Source: Eledone cirrhosa (Eukaryota). From it: a stretch of DNA of 64,000 bases. Both the position numbers and the translations under genes were made by a program. Below, piece after piece: positions 42,943 through 58,700 of this stretch. Position 1 is the first letter of the stretch, and every line of letters begins with the position of its first letter. The notes below the pieces were generated by a model that saw only the letters and a program-made list of their open reading frames with translations, was not told the origin of the DNA and did not search any database. The stretch spans positions 44,764,001 through 44,828,000 of the forward strand of contig OZ024749.1 in assembly GCA_964016885.1 (NCBI GenBank), written 5' to 3'.

Positions 42943-43130
42943 CTAAGGAAATGTGGTAAGGAACTAAGTGGACCATAACGCACCAAAGTACTCAATTCTT
43001 AGGGTAGTAGAGTGGGTAATAGGAACGAGTAGGACCCCGACGGCTGAGCTCAAGCCGTTTCGACGGATAATTCTGAATTAGCCGTCGAAACGGCTTGAGC
43101 TCAGCCGTCGGGGTCCTACTCGTTCCTATA
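42941..43130 (-). mobile_element. Family A fold-back element
   Basis: Tail 42941-43018; palindrome 43019-43129 centred at 43074; TA-flanked. Confidence 0.8.
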
Positions 43131-43144
43131 TATATATATATATA

Positions 43145-43296
43145 TTAAAATAAGGTTAAGGGTGAAAGCAGCGATTCTTTGCTTAAACTTTGATCTGTTA
43201 TTTTAATAAATATTTGCTCTATGGTTTTTATATATTTGATAAATATTTACCCTTATCGAGCCCTCTTTGGAATTTAGTCTTCAATTTTATTATTAT

Positions 43297-43300
<4 letters not shown>
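43145..43300 (+). mobile_element. Family G element (hammerhead 3' half plus tail)
   Basis: agggtGAAAgcagcgattctttgcttaaac; homologous to 6454-6520; TA-flanked. Confidence 0.55.
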
Positions 43301-43366
<66 letters not shown>

Positions 43367-43415
43367 TTACATATATATAAATATGCGTGTGTGTGTGTGT
43401 ATGTATATATATATT

Positions 43416-43497
<82 letters not shown>

Positions 43498-43840
43498 AGT
43501 GTGAATTTGTATGTATATATATTTACATATATCTATATATATATATATGCGTGTGTGTGTGTGTGTATGTATATATATACTATGTATATATAGATAGCAA
43601 TTGGAGCGTTTGAAGAAATGCAATTAAGACAGCGAATTGATATAGCTGGGCAGACAGTAAACATTACCTTGAGAAATTGGCTTCGTGTTAAGAGTTGTCC
43701 CAGTGACCCAAATACCTGATGTTAGAGGAAATATCCCAGTCACTATAGACCCAGGTAAATATATAGACACATACATAGACAGCAAGTAGATAGATAGATG
43801 GTAGATAGTTTCATTATATAGACGATAGATATACTAAAGT

Positions 43841-44188
<348 letters not shown>

Positions 44189-44214
44189 CAATATAGATAT
44201 AGTTGACTGACTAA

Positions 44215-44400
44215 GAGATGGATTGGCAGTATCGGTAGAGGGTCGGACGCCATGCTTTCCAGCATAGTTACGACCCATTACGATCTGAGTTCAAATCACC
44301 CCGAGGTTAACTTTGCCTTTCATCCTTACGGGGTCGATAAAATAAAGTACCAGTAATGCACTGGGTATTTGCTGGTCTTGGGCCTAAAGTAGAAACAATT
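44215..44400 (+). mobile_element. S1 SINE
   Basis: Full S1 match. Confidence 0.85.
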
Positions 44401-44698
44401 AATGTAAGATAATTATAACCAATATCACGAATGATATATAATATATCTATATATAGATCCTAGTTTCTCTGTGTATACATTTACTTTTTTTTTTGCTTTG
44501 ACTGCATGCCCATATATGGACAGTACCCCTTGATAAGTTCAGTTAGACATCCGCCGTTCTAATACTGGTGGCTTACTTCGGATATAACTATTAAAACGGC
44601 TGGAGCTCAGCCATCGGGGTCCTGACACTTTTCTTTATATGCATATATATATATACAGTATATATATATATATATATATGTATATACAGTATATATAT

Positions 44699-44868
<170 letters not shown>

Positions 44869-44869
44869 T

Positions 44870-45060
44870 GAAAGAATGAAGAGTAACATGGTTGGCTGTA
44901 CATTAAGGGTCTTTATTTCAAGTACTGACAATTGTTTCATTGATCAGGTGAGTCTACAGGTCGCTAACCGCTTGAAGTTGCGTCACTCGATCTCCAATAC
45001 ATTATTTACCTCTGATGAACACATCAGAGTACGTAGATATAAAAATGATTCACTCGAGGC
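44870..45060 (-). mobile_element. Family H element with degenerate hammerhead (44922-45032)
   Basis: Minus strand: gtact-CTGATGT-gttcatcag...ctgatcaat-GAAA-caattg (palindrome)-TC-agtac; homologue at 59315-59450. Confidence 0.55.
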
Positions 45061-45773
45061 ATGATATATATATAGAAGAGTAGCGTATAATCAAAACAAT
45101 AACATCTATAATAAAATATATATGGTAAATAGATATTTATATGAATCAAAATTGTATATGTAGTATGTGTGAGGGTACGTTTCTAGTGCTGTATGTATGT
45201 ATAAGTATACATATAAACACACCACGCACACATACATGTGTGTGTTTATGTATTCGGAGACCATGGGGAGAGAATTACATACATGGAGCGATGACTGGAG
45301 AGGAACTGTCGAACACTTAAGTAAATGCAGAGCCCTGTTTTAGAATAGATGTTATATACCTTTATGACTTTTACATACACAAACACACACAGACTAACGA
45401 ACATATACATACATATATATATATATATATATTTGTGTGTGTGTGTGTGTGTGTGTGTGAGCATGTGATAGTGTGCCACTCTTCGTCTGTATGCATGTGT
45501 TTTGGGTTAGTAAGTCAAATTAACATGAGCGATCATTTTGAAAAGACGCCTTAACACTGAACCAGAAAGCAGGAAAATTCAGCTACGTCGGTGAGTGGCA
45601 TATCACAGTAAATAGATCTCTGTGTTAAAGGTCAAGCGCTTATCTACGTTTAAACTAGAGCTCACTATAACATACTAGCTTAATAACAAATAGACATCAC
45701 TCATATATTTGCATACGGCATAAAATGAGAACACACACTAGATACTCAAACATACAGATTGGTGTAGTGTCCA

Positions 45774-45824
<51 letters not shown>

Positions 45825-46141
45825 ATTATAAGAGAAGGATGGACTGAGAAAATGACCTTCTTCTCTGAAGGACCACGTATGTGAAAATTAAGTTTTCTTC
45901 CCCTCTTTATATATATATAGTTATTATCATTATTTTCACTATTTGTACAAATATGCAACATATTAACAATGTCCTGCACACATTTGTACAAATATGCAAC
46001 ATATTAACAATGTCCTGCACACATCCGCAATTGACAATGCATTTAATGCTGAAACCGGTAAATCAATTAATGCTTTAAATTTCACTAAAAATATCTCTTC
46101 AAAATTTTCTATAGAAAAAATCATTTTTCCTTTCTACTATT

Positions 46142-46198
<57 letters not shown>

Positions 46199-46200
<2 letters not shown>

Positions 46201-46270
46201 CAAAGGAATTGTGGTAAGGAACCAGATGGACCATAACGCACCAGAGTACTCAATGCTTAGGGTAGTAAAG
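46199..46270 (-). mobile_element. Family A tail only, between two (TA)n tracts
   Basis: caaaggaattgtggtaaggaaccagatggaccataacgcaccagagtactcaatgcttagggtagta. Confidence 0.75.
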
Positions 46271-46681
46271 TATATATATATATATATGGTATTTTGAAAA
46301 ATATGACTAAGGCAATCCTCACAATTTCAAGACCAATGCTCTCTTTATTGTGGCTCAGATGCAGGCTTGACAGCAAGGGAAGAAACTCATATAGCCTGAA
46401 CAGATCCAAGTGTTTTGAAATAAATTTATGCAATGCAATGCCAGTAGATGTTGTATATACGATAACCTGTTGGAAGTAACGAGCAACGTTCGTTCTTGAT
46501 TGAACTTCACCGTAAATATAACGCAGGTTTAGTTAGCAAGTTTATTAGACAGGGACGTGGTTAATATACATGGGAAAGTTGAAAGAAATTAAGAAATGAA
46601 CATATGTGACATGTATAATAATAATAAAAATGATGATAATGATGACGAGATAGACAATGGGAGGGAAAGAGATATTTAAAT

Positions 46682-46761
<80 letters not shown>

Positions 46762-46771
46762 AGAGAGAGAG

Positions 46772-47071
46772 AGAAGAAATTAAAAGATGGTTAAAAAAGT
46801 TCCATATATTTTATTATGCGAATTTCAAAAACAAATATCATCCTGGGACGATAATTGCATTCTCATCAGATAAAATAAGCTTATTTTATCTGAAGAGAAG
46901 GCAATTATCGTCCCAGGATGAAATTTGTTTTTGAAATGCGCATAATAAAATATATGGAACTTTTTTAACCATCTTTTAATTTCTTCTATATATACTACAG
47001 TTGTATCAATGTTGAGTGCTACTTATCTTATATATGCATAGTTTTATTGTTCTACAATAAAACTCACTCCT

Positions 47072-47075
<4 letters not shown>
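46772..47075 (+). mobile_element. Family C fold-back element; hammerhead at 46884-46950
   Basis: 216-bp near-perfect palindrome centred on aagctt at 46879/46880; ttttat-CTGAAGA...GAAA-tgcgca-TA-ataaaa; tail 46988-47075. Confidence 0.8.
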
Positions 47076-47135
<60 letters not shown>

Positions 47136-47137
47136 GT

Positions 47138-47403
47138 AAGAGTTCTATTTAAATTGTTGGGATACAACAAGCAAATATTTTTATAACTGATATAAACCAC
47201 TCAACACATATTTGGAGTAAAATTATTTTTACTCCAACAGTAATGGTTGCATTCTTTAAGGGTATGTCAATATTTATTTATAAAACTGATCTATATTATA
47301 TGTTATGTGATGAAAGCACACCATAATTTAACTTGGGGTCCTTGGTGTCCTATAATGAAATAAATATGCTTTTATAAATATAGTTTCCATTTGTTAATTT
47401 CGT
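47138..47403. mobile_element. Family D element (inverted tail plus degenerate hammerhead arm)
   Basis: Homologous to 718-915, with a longer tail containing rc tgttgagtgg. Confidence 0.7.
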
Positions 47404-47509
47404 ATACATATATATATATATGTATGTATATGTATATATATATATATATATATACCTACATAGACAGATATATAGATAAATAGATTGACAGATCAATATA
47501 TATATATAT

Positions 47510-47603
<94 letters not shown>

Positions 47604-47665
47604 GAGAGAAAGAGAGTGAAAGAGAGAGAGGAGAGAGAGAGACAGAGAGAGAAGCGAAAGAGTGG

Positions 47666-47734
<69 letters not shown>

Positions 47735-48482
47735 GAGAGGGAGAGAGACAGAGAGAGAGAGAGAGACATTCTTATTTCAATTTATCATCAGAAAGTATGC
47801 GAGCTAGTATTGTATAATGTTCCTAACTGAAGATTTTGCCAATCAATCATAGCGGGAAAGACGATGTCTTAACATCCAATCCTTCTTTCTTTGACTATTA
47901 GGACGGATTTAGAGCAAAGTTCTACCGGACATATACCATAGACTTTTCCCTAGAGGACACATTTCAAGTATAAATATATCTTGGCATGATACAGAGGTGG
48001 TTTGTCAATGCTTTTATTCGCATGTCTATGCGATCGAGGTCCATTTTGGCAGCGTTCATCTTTAGTATGATAACACACACCATTTCCCTTTTAAACACTC
48101 GTTAATTATCCTGTTGTTTCAACATTATTGCAGCAAATTTATCTCAATGTTGCTCTCCTAACCTTCACTCGGAAAAAGACAGGCAGTCAACAAAGTACAG
48201 TAATTGTTATGAACCATATATGAACCATCGAACTTGGAAGCGTCATATAGCCATTATATACGCTCAGTCAATACATTACTATATTTCATCTATAGATACT
48301 GAGCAACGAATTAATCAAGAAATTGAAGTCAGCCATTTTCATGACAAACTCACTTCCTATATTAAAGCGTTATTACTTTTACTCATCACATCAATTATAT
48401 TCGCTTACACGCTAAACTATAAACGAAAACGCATTAATAGAATATGTTTCTGTGCACACACGCTCACATTTATATATATATA

Positions 48483-48535
<53 letters not shown>

Positions 48536-48886
48536 GGAACAAATGAAACAAAATTTCATTTCTCACTCTTAGTACGGCTGTTACTTAAATATAAGTATGT
48601 ATACGTACATATATATATGTATACAGACGAACAGTAGTATATATATATACATACATGCACACCTATATATATATGTACGTATGGATTCACCGAACATTTA
48701 TTATAATGCTCGGTGTGTTTGTAAACAAACACCCCGAATTAAGCCGTACAGTGTCTAGCAACCATCGTTGCTCATTTGTTCAACCCTCACAAAGGAACGC
48801 TGTACTAGTTTCAAGCTTATTAGCTATCGTCAGCAACGTATACCTTCCTGTACGTCTGTATACATATATGTATGTAAGTATACATA

Positions 48887-48940
<54 letters not shown>

Positions 48941-49013
48941 TGTGTGTGTGTGTGTTTATATATATATATATATATATATATAGGTGTGTGCGTGTGTGTT
49001 TGTATATATGATC

Positions 49014-49300
49014 GGAGGCACGTGGCCTAGTGGTAAGAGTGTTGGACTTACGATCATAATGCCGTGGGTTCGATTCTTGGGTTGCGCGTTGCGTTCTTGA
49101 GCAAAACACTTCATTTCACGTTGCTCCAGTATACTCAGCTGAAAATGAGAACCACCAATAGCTGGAGGTTTAACCCTGCGATGGACTGGCGTCCTGTCCA
49201 GGGGGGAGTATTGTACTCTCAGTCACTTCACGCCATGAAACCGGGATAAGCATCGCCCAAATGAGCCTTCTGGCTAAAGACAGACTTTAGACTTTTTAGA
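49014..49300 (+). mobile_element. S2 SINE
   Basis: Homologous to 15142-15425; a related partial SINE head follows at about 49325-49430. Confidence 0.8.
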
Positions 49301-49540
49301 TATATATATATATATATGAAGGCTGAACAGTTAAATAATTGGATTCACAATGGAAAGGTTGTGAGTTCGAATCCCGGACCGGGTGATGCGTTATGTCCTT
49401 GAGCAAGACACTTTAATTCAGGCTGCTCCTTCTACCTGTAGTTGCGACCGATAGATAGTATCAGCAATTGGAAAGACCAATGGAAACATTGTTTCCTCGG
49501 TCCGCTTTGACGAAAGTCGATCGACTATATATACATATAT

Positions 49541-49587
<47 letters not shown>

Positions 49588-49590
<3 letters not shown>

Positions 49591-49756
49591 CAAAGGAATT
49601 GTGGTAAGGAACCACATGGACCATAACGCACCAGAATACTCAATACTCAGGGTAGTAGAGTTGGAAATAGGAAAAAGTATGACCCCGACGGCAGAGCTCA
49701 AGCCGTTTCGATGGCTATTTCTGGACTTGAACTCTGCCATCGGGGTCATACTTTTT

Positions 49757-49761
<5 letters not shown>
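49588..49761 (-). mobile_element. Family A fold-back element with asymmetric centre deletion
   Basis: Tail plus arms 49667-49761. Confidence 0.8.
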
Positions 49762-49826
<65 letters not shown>

Positions 49827-49864
49827 TTTGGTAACGTACTTATATATGAAGGTGTGAGCATATA

Positions 49865-50095
49865 GCTGTCTATCTGTCTATCTGTCTCTCTCTCTCTGTC
49901 TATGTGTCTATCTGTCTACCTGTCTATCTGTCTATCTGTCTATCTGTCTATCTCTCTCTGTCTATGTGTCTATCTGTCTATCTGTCTCTCTCTCTCTGTC
50001 TATGTGTCTATCTGTCTACCTGTCTATCTGTCTATCTGTCTATCTGTCTATCTCTCTCTGTCTATGTGTCTATCTGTCTATCTGTCTATCTGTCC
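49865..50095. repeat. (TATC/TGTC)n compound satellite
   Basis: Seen directly in the sequence. Confidence 0.9.
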
Positions 50096-50299
50096 GACGT
50101 TCAGTCCTCTATCTTATCCATTATTTCTTACTCCGCTCCTTACATACGTCATTATCGATCAAACGCTGACTGAATAGAGCTAATCAATACGACAGGTCTC
50201 TTCTCGTATCTCACTACGTGACCTTCTGCTGGAAACAACCAATCAAGCAACGCATGTCGGACCGTCTAGCGAAATGACTAACTTGATTAGAAGGGTATC

Positions 50300-50575
50300 T
50301 AATAATGATGTTGTTGGAGATGATGGTGATGATGATGGTGGTGATGAAGGTGGTGATGATGCTGGTGGTATCGATAATGATGTTGTTGGAAATAGTGGTG
50401 ATGCTGATGGTGCTGATGGCGGTGACGATGATGGTGGTGGTGATGATGGTGGTGGTAATGATGGTGGTGGTGATGATGATGCTGATGATAATGGTGGCAA
50501 TGATGATGCTGATTGATGATTATGATAATGATGGCGATGATGATGGTGGTAATGATGAAGCTGATGATGATGATA

Positions 50576-50629
<54 letters not shown>

Positions 50630-50885
50630 GTGGTGGTGATGATGCTGTTGATGGTGGTGGTGATGATACTGCTGATGGTGGTGGTGGTGGTGATGATGAT
50701 GATAATGATGGTGGTGGTGATGGTGGTGATGATGATGCTGCTGGTGGTGCTGGTGATGATGCTGATTCTTATAATAATGTTAAGGGTGATGAGGATGTTG
50801 AAAGTGGTGATGATAAGTATTTTGACGATGATGATGATGATGGTGATGGTAAGAATGATGATGATGATGATGATGAAATGATGGC
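50300..50885. repeat. (GAT/GGT)n degenerate trinucleotide repeat
   Basis: Seen directly in the sequence. Confidence 0.9.
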
Positions 50886-50896
50886 GACGATATATA

Positions 50897-50950
<54 letters not shown>

Positions 50951-51477
50951 GGAGCTACACTCCGGGAGCTACACTAAAAAAAATGTTTTTCCCACACGCC
51001 ACCTACATCCACAACACGCTTAAACACCACACACACACGTGCGTACCACCACATATTTACACATTCAGCCTTCGGAATCCTCTCCCCCCATCCCTCTGAC
51101 CCCTCCCCATCCACACACGCACACACACACCTACCTACATCCCACCCCACACACACCTCTTCCTGAACATGCAACACCGTTCTTCCCCCAACTCTTACTT
51201 TCACACACACACACACACACACGTACACCTACACACACACACCACCTTCAGCCCTCCCCGCTCGGACACCCCGCCTCCCTCTCCCCACACCACCCGCCAC
51301 AACCCCTACAAGCCCCACACCCTTCCACCACCTGTTTTACTTCATGTTTATTTTTATTTTTATTTTTATTATGCTTTTATATTTAATTTCATTTGTACCG
51401 TTTCCTCTCACCCTCTTTTTTCTATATGTCTCTCCACCACTCCCCTACACACACTTGGAACTCTCTACCCACACACT

Positions 51478-51602
51478 TTTCACCTGAAGAAGCGCTTATG
51501 CCCGAAACGTCGTTCCCCACCACCACCACCCCACTCTCAAGAGCGTGAAACTAATAAACCTTTGTTCGTACTGCCTCTCTGTTTTGTTCCCGTTCAATCT
51601 TT

Positions 51603-51605
<3 letters not shown>
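51478..51605 (+). mobile_element. Family J element end with degenerate hammerhead
   Basis: tttcac-CTGAAGA-agcgcttatgccc-GAAAC...gtgaaa; cleavage triplet not evident; tail shared with 21660-21730. Confidence 0.5.
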
Positions 51606-51665
<60 letters not shown>

Positions 51666-52002
51666 ATCACTCACATGCGCAGGGTGTTACATGTAACATA
51701 CTAGTTATATAGAAACATATGCAATTAAATTTCGTTTATTGTGGTTTACTAACCCTAGCTTTCTCGTTTGAGTTAGGTTCATTACAGCCAAAGCAATTGT
51801 GGATGTTCTTTGCTGAAAACAATGTTTAACCACGTTGAATTAAACGACCGCTATTCAAAATCCATCAACTGTATATGTAAATCACTGCAGAGTATCTGGA
51901 AATATTCGCCTTCCTAGCTTTCTTACTGAATCTCGCACAAAACTGAACAATATCGCTAAATGAATAGAAATTTTGTCGTTGAAAATTTGCTCGTTGCAAA
52001 TC

Positions 52003-52127
<125 letters not shown>

Positions 52128-52148
52128 CGTGCGTGCGTGTGTGCGTGC

Positions 52149-52191
<43 letters not shown>

Positions 52192-52977
52192 CGTGCGTGC
52201 GTGTGTGTGTATGTGTGTGTGCGTGTGCGTTTGTGAATGTGTGTATATGTACTTATATACACACAAAAACATACAAATTTATATATATTTATATATATAT
52301 ATATATAACACGCATTGTGACGTCAGGTCATAGATCAGAAGTGTGTAAAGTTCACTGAGTAACGTGTTCAGAGTGTGTGTAAATGTGTATGTGTGTGTGT
52401 ATGTTTTATTCTCGTTCTTTAATTTGCGACTAAAAGCGGTATTTAACTTGAGGTACAAAGAAAATGTAAAAGATGTACAAAAGAATATTTTCATTCCTAA
52501 TATGTAATTTTCTACATGGTACACCATTATTATTTATCTATTTCCACTATTCTTATGGTTAGTGTGATTTTGTTATTTTAAATTATAAATTTAGCGGTAG
52601 ATTGTGAGGATTGGTAGAGTGTTGCACAAAATGCAGAGTAGTATTTATTTACGACCTTCTAAGTTCTGAGTTCAAATCCACCCTGAGGCCAACTTCGCTT
52701 TTCCTCCTTTCGAGATCGATAAAAGAACGTACGATTGAAGTATTACGGTCGATAGAAATGTCTTTCCGCGTCACTCAAATTGCTGGCCTTGTACTCATGA
52801 TAGAAATTATTTCCAAGCTTATCTTGCCTTAAATTCGTTGTTGTTTTATACAATCAACTCATTTCAATGTTGCGTACAAAACTTATATCCTCAAGTAATA
52901 CCATTCGTTTCGTTCAGTCTTATCCAGTCTAATCTTCATAAATATGCAAGTATTTCTACACTGTATTTATGCATTAC

Positions 52978-53130
52978 TTTTTGCAGCAAAGAGTTACGGC
53001 CCTTTATGATCTGAGTTCAAATCCCGCCGAGGTTAACTTTGCCTTTCATCCTTACGGGGGTCGATAAAATAAAGTACCAGTAATATACTGAGATAATTGT
53101 TGGTCTTGTGCCAAAAGTAGAAACAATTAT
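52978..53130 (+). mobile_element. S1 SINE, 5'-truncated
   Basis: B-box, core and tail match. Confidence 0.85.
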
Positions 53131-54104
53131 TTGTACATTGCTTTTCCAAATAATCGTCCGAAGATCGGAGAAGAGAGAAACAATTTAAAGACTTGTAAAA
53201 TTGTATTTCTATAACTAATCCATAGCAAATTACAACCTAGGCTCTGAAAAGAAAACAAATTAAACTAAAATACGTCTGAAATAAGAAAGGGTTCTAATGG
53301 CGGGATCGCTATTGATCGGATCAAAGGGATGCTCAATCAGAGCAGACATGGATCTAAACAAAAAATATACAAAATATATGTTAGTAAAGAAATACGAAAT
53401 AAACACACACAGTCAGACATATTCAAACAAGAAAGAGATAGCTACATTGTATTGCTATGTACGTACAAATTACTCTAAACTCGAACAATAATTGTTTATT
53501 TTTGGCGATATTTCGCACTGATCACACTGTATCCACCCGCATGAAATATCTCACCTGCAGGTACCCTACAACAACCTAAAAACACCCTGCCCAGCGGCTA
53601 CTTGCTACTTCTTAATCTTAGCTTTATATATTTCTTATATACACGTTTTTTTTTTTACTTGTATCTCTCTCAAGTAAATACCTGCTGTTTATGATATGTG
53701 TGTACATCTGTGTATATAGGTATGTATATATGAATGTAGCTATCTATGTATGTTTCTATGTGTGTATTTTAGTGGGCATGTGTATGCGTTTGTGTATGTC
53801 TATATGAATGTTTGAATATATGTATATATATGTATATACACATACATACACATATTCACACATACATTTATATATATTTGTGTTTATGTGTGAGAGTGTT
53901 TTAAATATGGGTGTAAATAAGAGACTAGAAAGAAAAAGAGTGTGAGAGATGTTGATATTTTGGTGGTATTGTATTGAGACTCAGTCAGGTGTGACAACAC
54001 CAGGATTTCAAACAATAAATGACGGGTCAATGAGCAGGTGAAAATCACAAGGAATGACAAGACCAGTTGCCTGGACAGTGGAGGAAATATATCTAGTTCG
54101 TTTA

Positions 54105-54400
54105 TCACCACCACCATCAACTCCATTACCACCACTACCACTATCACCGCCATCAACACAACTACCAGCACCACCAGCAACACCGCCAACACTTCGACCA
54201 CCACAACCACCACCACGACTACCACATAACCACCATCACCAATACTACCGGCACCACCGCCACCACCACCACAAGTAACACCACCACCATCACCTCCCCC
54301 CACCACTACCCCCCCACTACCACCAACACCACCAACACCACTACCACCACCACCACTACCACCACCACTACCTCTACCACCAACACCACCACCACTATAA
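54105..54400. repeat. (CAC)n degenerate trinucleotide repeat
   Basis: Seen directly in the sequence. Confidence 0.9.
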
Positions 54401-55015
54401 TAGTAGTGGTGGAAAACAAAGAGGAACAATAACTATAGTATAATCATCAACAACAACAATGAAAACGTCAACAACAACAGCCATAACAATAACAACTCAT
54501 ACCTACTAGTCTCTCTCTTCGTCTGGTCCTTCATACTCGTAAAAATCTCACCCCGTCAACATTTTAGACGCGCTAGACTTAAACAACAAATACAGAACAC
54601 ACATAAAAATAAAACCAACACCACCCCCAACACCACCACCATCACTAAAAACCATCACCATCATCATTACCGAAACCACCACCATCATTACCGAAGCCTC
54701 CACCAACACCATTACCCTTAACATCTAAATATTCGGAATTAGTGCCCATTGATTCTTTTGTGTAGCTGGTTAACGGCATCTGACAGATTTGGGTTTCGTT
54801 TTCTCCCAGGTGCCTATGTCTACATTTTTTCCATCACTATATGTACTTTACAAAATTTACACAAATACTATTTATGATGATTGATTATTATTTATAGTCA
54901 TTTGCATTAGGGAACCTACATTTGAAATTTCAAATATATATGTTTTGTATTGTTGGTCAAGAGAATAAGTATTTAACACAATAATTTAATTATTAGTATT
55001 AATAAAGTCGACATA

Positions 55016-55197
55016 TGGCAGTATCGGTAGAGGGTCGGACGCCATGCTTTGACGCATAGAGTTACAGCCCTTGCCATTCTGAGCTCAAATCCCGCCGAGG
55101 TTAACTTTGCCTTTCATCCTTATGGAGTCGATAAAATAAAGTACCAGTAATACACTGGGTAATTGCTGGCCTTGTGCCAAAAGTAGAAACAATTATT
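55016..55197 (+). mobile_element. S1 SINE with a ~15-bp target-site duplication
   Basis: attaataaagtcgac (54998-55012) and attaatgaagtcgac (55195-55209). Confidence 0.9.
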
Positions 55198-55894
55198 AAT
55201 GAAGTCGACTTAGGTTTTTGTTATTGTGCAGTTTGCTTGTATGTTGTCCAGCCTTGCCTGGTTGCTTATAAGCAGTACCAATGAAAGTTGTGTGTGTAAA
55301 AGAAACGATAAAGACTAAGACCCGGGAAGTGACAAAACAAAGCAAACACATAGATAGATAGGTAGCTTATATTTTGGTTGATAAATAGATAACAAAAATA
55401 GTCTGTGCAGTATTGACAAGAAAAAAGAGTTGAGAAATAGTTACACCAAATCTATTTCTGATGATGGATAAAAATAAAAATAAGCAAGCATGATCTTGTA
55501 ATATTGTGTTTGCTAACGTGTTAAGAAAACAAATATGAGAAAAGAAACTATGAAACATCCGTGAAGAGAGGTATAGAACAGAGAAGAATGACAAGTAATA
55601 ACAAGGAAATTTCAAATGAAAATAAGACGAAAATGTCGGAGAAGAGAAACGTACATAAAAAGTTAAAATACAAGAGAGAACAAAACAAAATGGCGTCTAA
55701 TTCCCGCTTTTGGCCGGCAGCCCTTGTTTAATCAACTGAAATAGCTGAAAACACCTATGTATGGGGTCCGAATTCTACCTATAAGCTATTTGCATTTGAA
55801 TGCACTGTTTTCTTCAACCAATGTGTTTCACAAGCCTAAATTTGTCATTTACCACGTTCATACACTTCGGTTGCTCTGGGCGGAATATTGATGC

Positions 55895-55952
<58 letters not shown>

Positions 55953-55979
55953 GCATATAAATTTCGTTTCATTTTTTCC

Positions 55980-56014
<35 letters not shown>

Positions 56015-56379
56015 GTATATATGTGTGTGTGTACATATACATATATATATATATAATATATATAGATATATATATAGGTGTGTGCGAGAGAGAGAGAGAG
56101 AGAGACGGTGTAAAAGGAAACATTATATATAGTCAGATATATATTCTCATATGGTATGTGATTGTTATTACTATTAATATTATCATATGAATGTATATAT
56201 CTGTGTTTGTACGTGAGTGTTCGTCGATGTTGACATATAAGCATTAATATGCATCTGTATAAAAATGTATGTATAAATATCCATCAATTAATTTGTGTAT
56301 TTGGTAAGTTTTCTATGCCTATCTTCTCCCATTTTCCCAATCCTTCTCTCCCACTCATTTTCCTTCTCTCTCGCTCCAA

Positions 56380-56421
<42 letters not shown>

Positions 56422-56562
56422 GTATGTTTATATAAGTATATTAAAATTGGCTACAAACACGCAACCACATACACACACACATATATATAAGTGTGTGTGA
56501 GTGTGTGTATATATATATATATATATATGCATATCTATATATTTATGCATATATATATATGC

Positions 56563-56636
<74 letters not shown>

Positions 56637-57038
56637 GCATGTATGTATGTATGTATGTATGTATATATACATTCTTCTGTATGTGGATATATCATTTAGT
56701 AATGCATATGAATGTAACGCAGGTGAAATAATGCTTCTCTTTACTGACCCAGTTTCTTGTAATGGCTACAGGGATGACAAGGGAAATAACCACGCTACAA
56801 TATAGGACAAAAGAAAGTAGATATTCTATTGTTGCATCTATCCGCCTGGACAACATTGGAGGTGGTAAGGCTGTTTCGAAGTTTCTGAAATTATTTTAAC
56901 TTTCAGTGGACAGCTACTGAAGGGGTTTTCATATATTACTTTATCAATCTATCTATCTATGTATCAATCAATCAATCTATCTATCTATCTATCTATATAT
57001 CTATCTATCTATCTATCTATATATATATATATATCTTG

Positions 57039-57132
<94 letters not shown>

Positions 57133-57143
57133 GTATATATATA

Positions 57144-57201
<58 letters not shown>

Positions 57202-57228
57202 CATATATATATACATATATATATATAC

Positions 57229-57297
<69 letters not shown>

Positions 57298-57489
57298 CAT
57301 ATATATATATATGTACATATATATATATATATATATGTACATATATATATATATGTACATATATATATATGTACATATATATATGTACATATATATATAT
57401 ATATATGTGTGTGTACATATATATATATGTACATATATATATATATATATATATATGTACATATATATATATATGTACATATATATATA

Positions 57490-57560
<71 letters not shown>

Positions 57561-57686
57561 GCGTGTGTGTGTATGTGTGTGTTTGTGTGTGAGAGTGTTT
57601 CTGTATGGGATGAGTGCTTGTGTATCTATATGTATTTATGTTTATTATATTCATAATTAGGGCTAGTTCAGCTTCATGGCAATAAA

Positions 57687-57727
<41 letters not shown>

Positions 57728-57730
57728 CAT

Positions 57731-57797
57731 GAAGAAGAAGAAGAAGAAGAAGAAGAAGAAGAAGAAGAAGAAGAAGAAGAAGAAGAAGAAGAAGAAA
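57731..57797. repeat. (GAA)n microsatellite preceded by (TAA)n
   Basis: Seen directly in the sequence. Confidence 0.95.
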
Positions 57798-58194
57798 GAT
57801 GCCTGAATGCTTATATCTATTATTGACATATTAATCTAAAGAAGCAGTCGGCCTTGAAACCACAAACCAGCATTAAACCTACGTTGCCCCTGGATGTTTG
57901 AACATCTATCTACTGAGCCACACAGAGTGCCAGAAACAATGCTATATTACCTTAATCATCATCATCAGTACCATCATCAATGTGTCCATGAATAACATCA
58001 ACCTTCTCCACAACATTACTACCACAAACAACGTGACCATCATGGCTACGATCATCTCCTGCTTTCCTTCCACGTCTTCTCCCAACTCACCGACCACCGC
58101 ATCATATTCATAATCATCATCATCACCGACACATCGTTTCCATCGTTATCATAGCTAAAAATATTTACCATGCATTGTCTATCAGAATATAATT

Positions 58195-58328
58195 TCAGGG
58201 CTTCCTGATGATTTCTCCCGTATGAAACAGTTCTATTCCTGTAGAAGCCATTTCTATATTAAATATTTATATTTTGCTATGTATTGAGTACTTTACTTAC
58301 TGTGGTTACCCCCGATTGAACCCGGGAT

Positions 58329-58332
<4 letters not shown>
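58195..58332 (+). mobile_element. Family B element without inverted arm; complete hammerhead at 58199-58249
   Basis: ggcttc-CTGATGA-tttctcccgtat-GAAA-cag..ctg-TA-gaagcc. Stem I differs from the 7697 copy but still pairs. Confidence 0.75.

Positions 58333-58700
<368 letters not shown>

Noticed and set aside
45941-46022. 42-bp tandem duplication (also a 24-bp one at 63307-63355 and a 14-bp one at 50948-50975)
   Set aside because: Ordinary two-copy local duplications with no further structure.
50243-51099. Asp/Gly- or Met/Val-rich ORFs
   Set aside because: Products of a GAT/GGT repeat, open in several frames, with no domain or splice evidence.
50948-51470. Possible GIY-YIG coding remnant upstream of the family J hammerhead
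   Set aside because: Low-complexity C/A-rich sequence; no convincing motif could be translated.
54038-54429. Thr/Pro mucin-like ORF
   Set aside because: CAC repeat expansion; no supporting exon structure.
55315-55725. YY1-like (caaaatggcg) and ETS-like (gggaagtg) promoter motifs
   Set aside because: Short motifs expected by chance; no adjacent gene evident.
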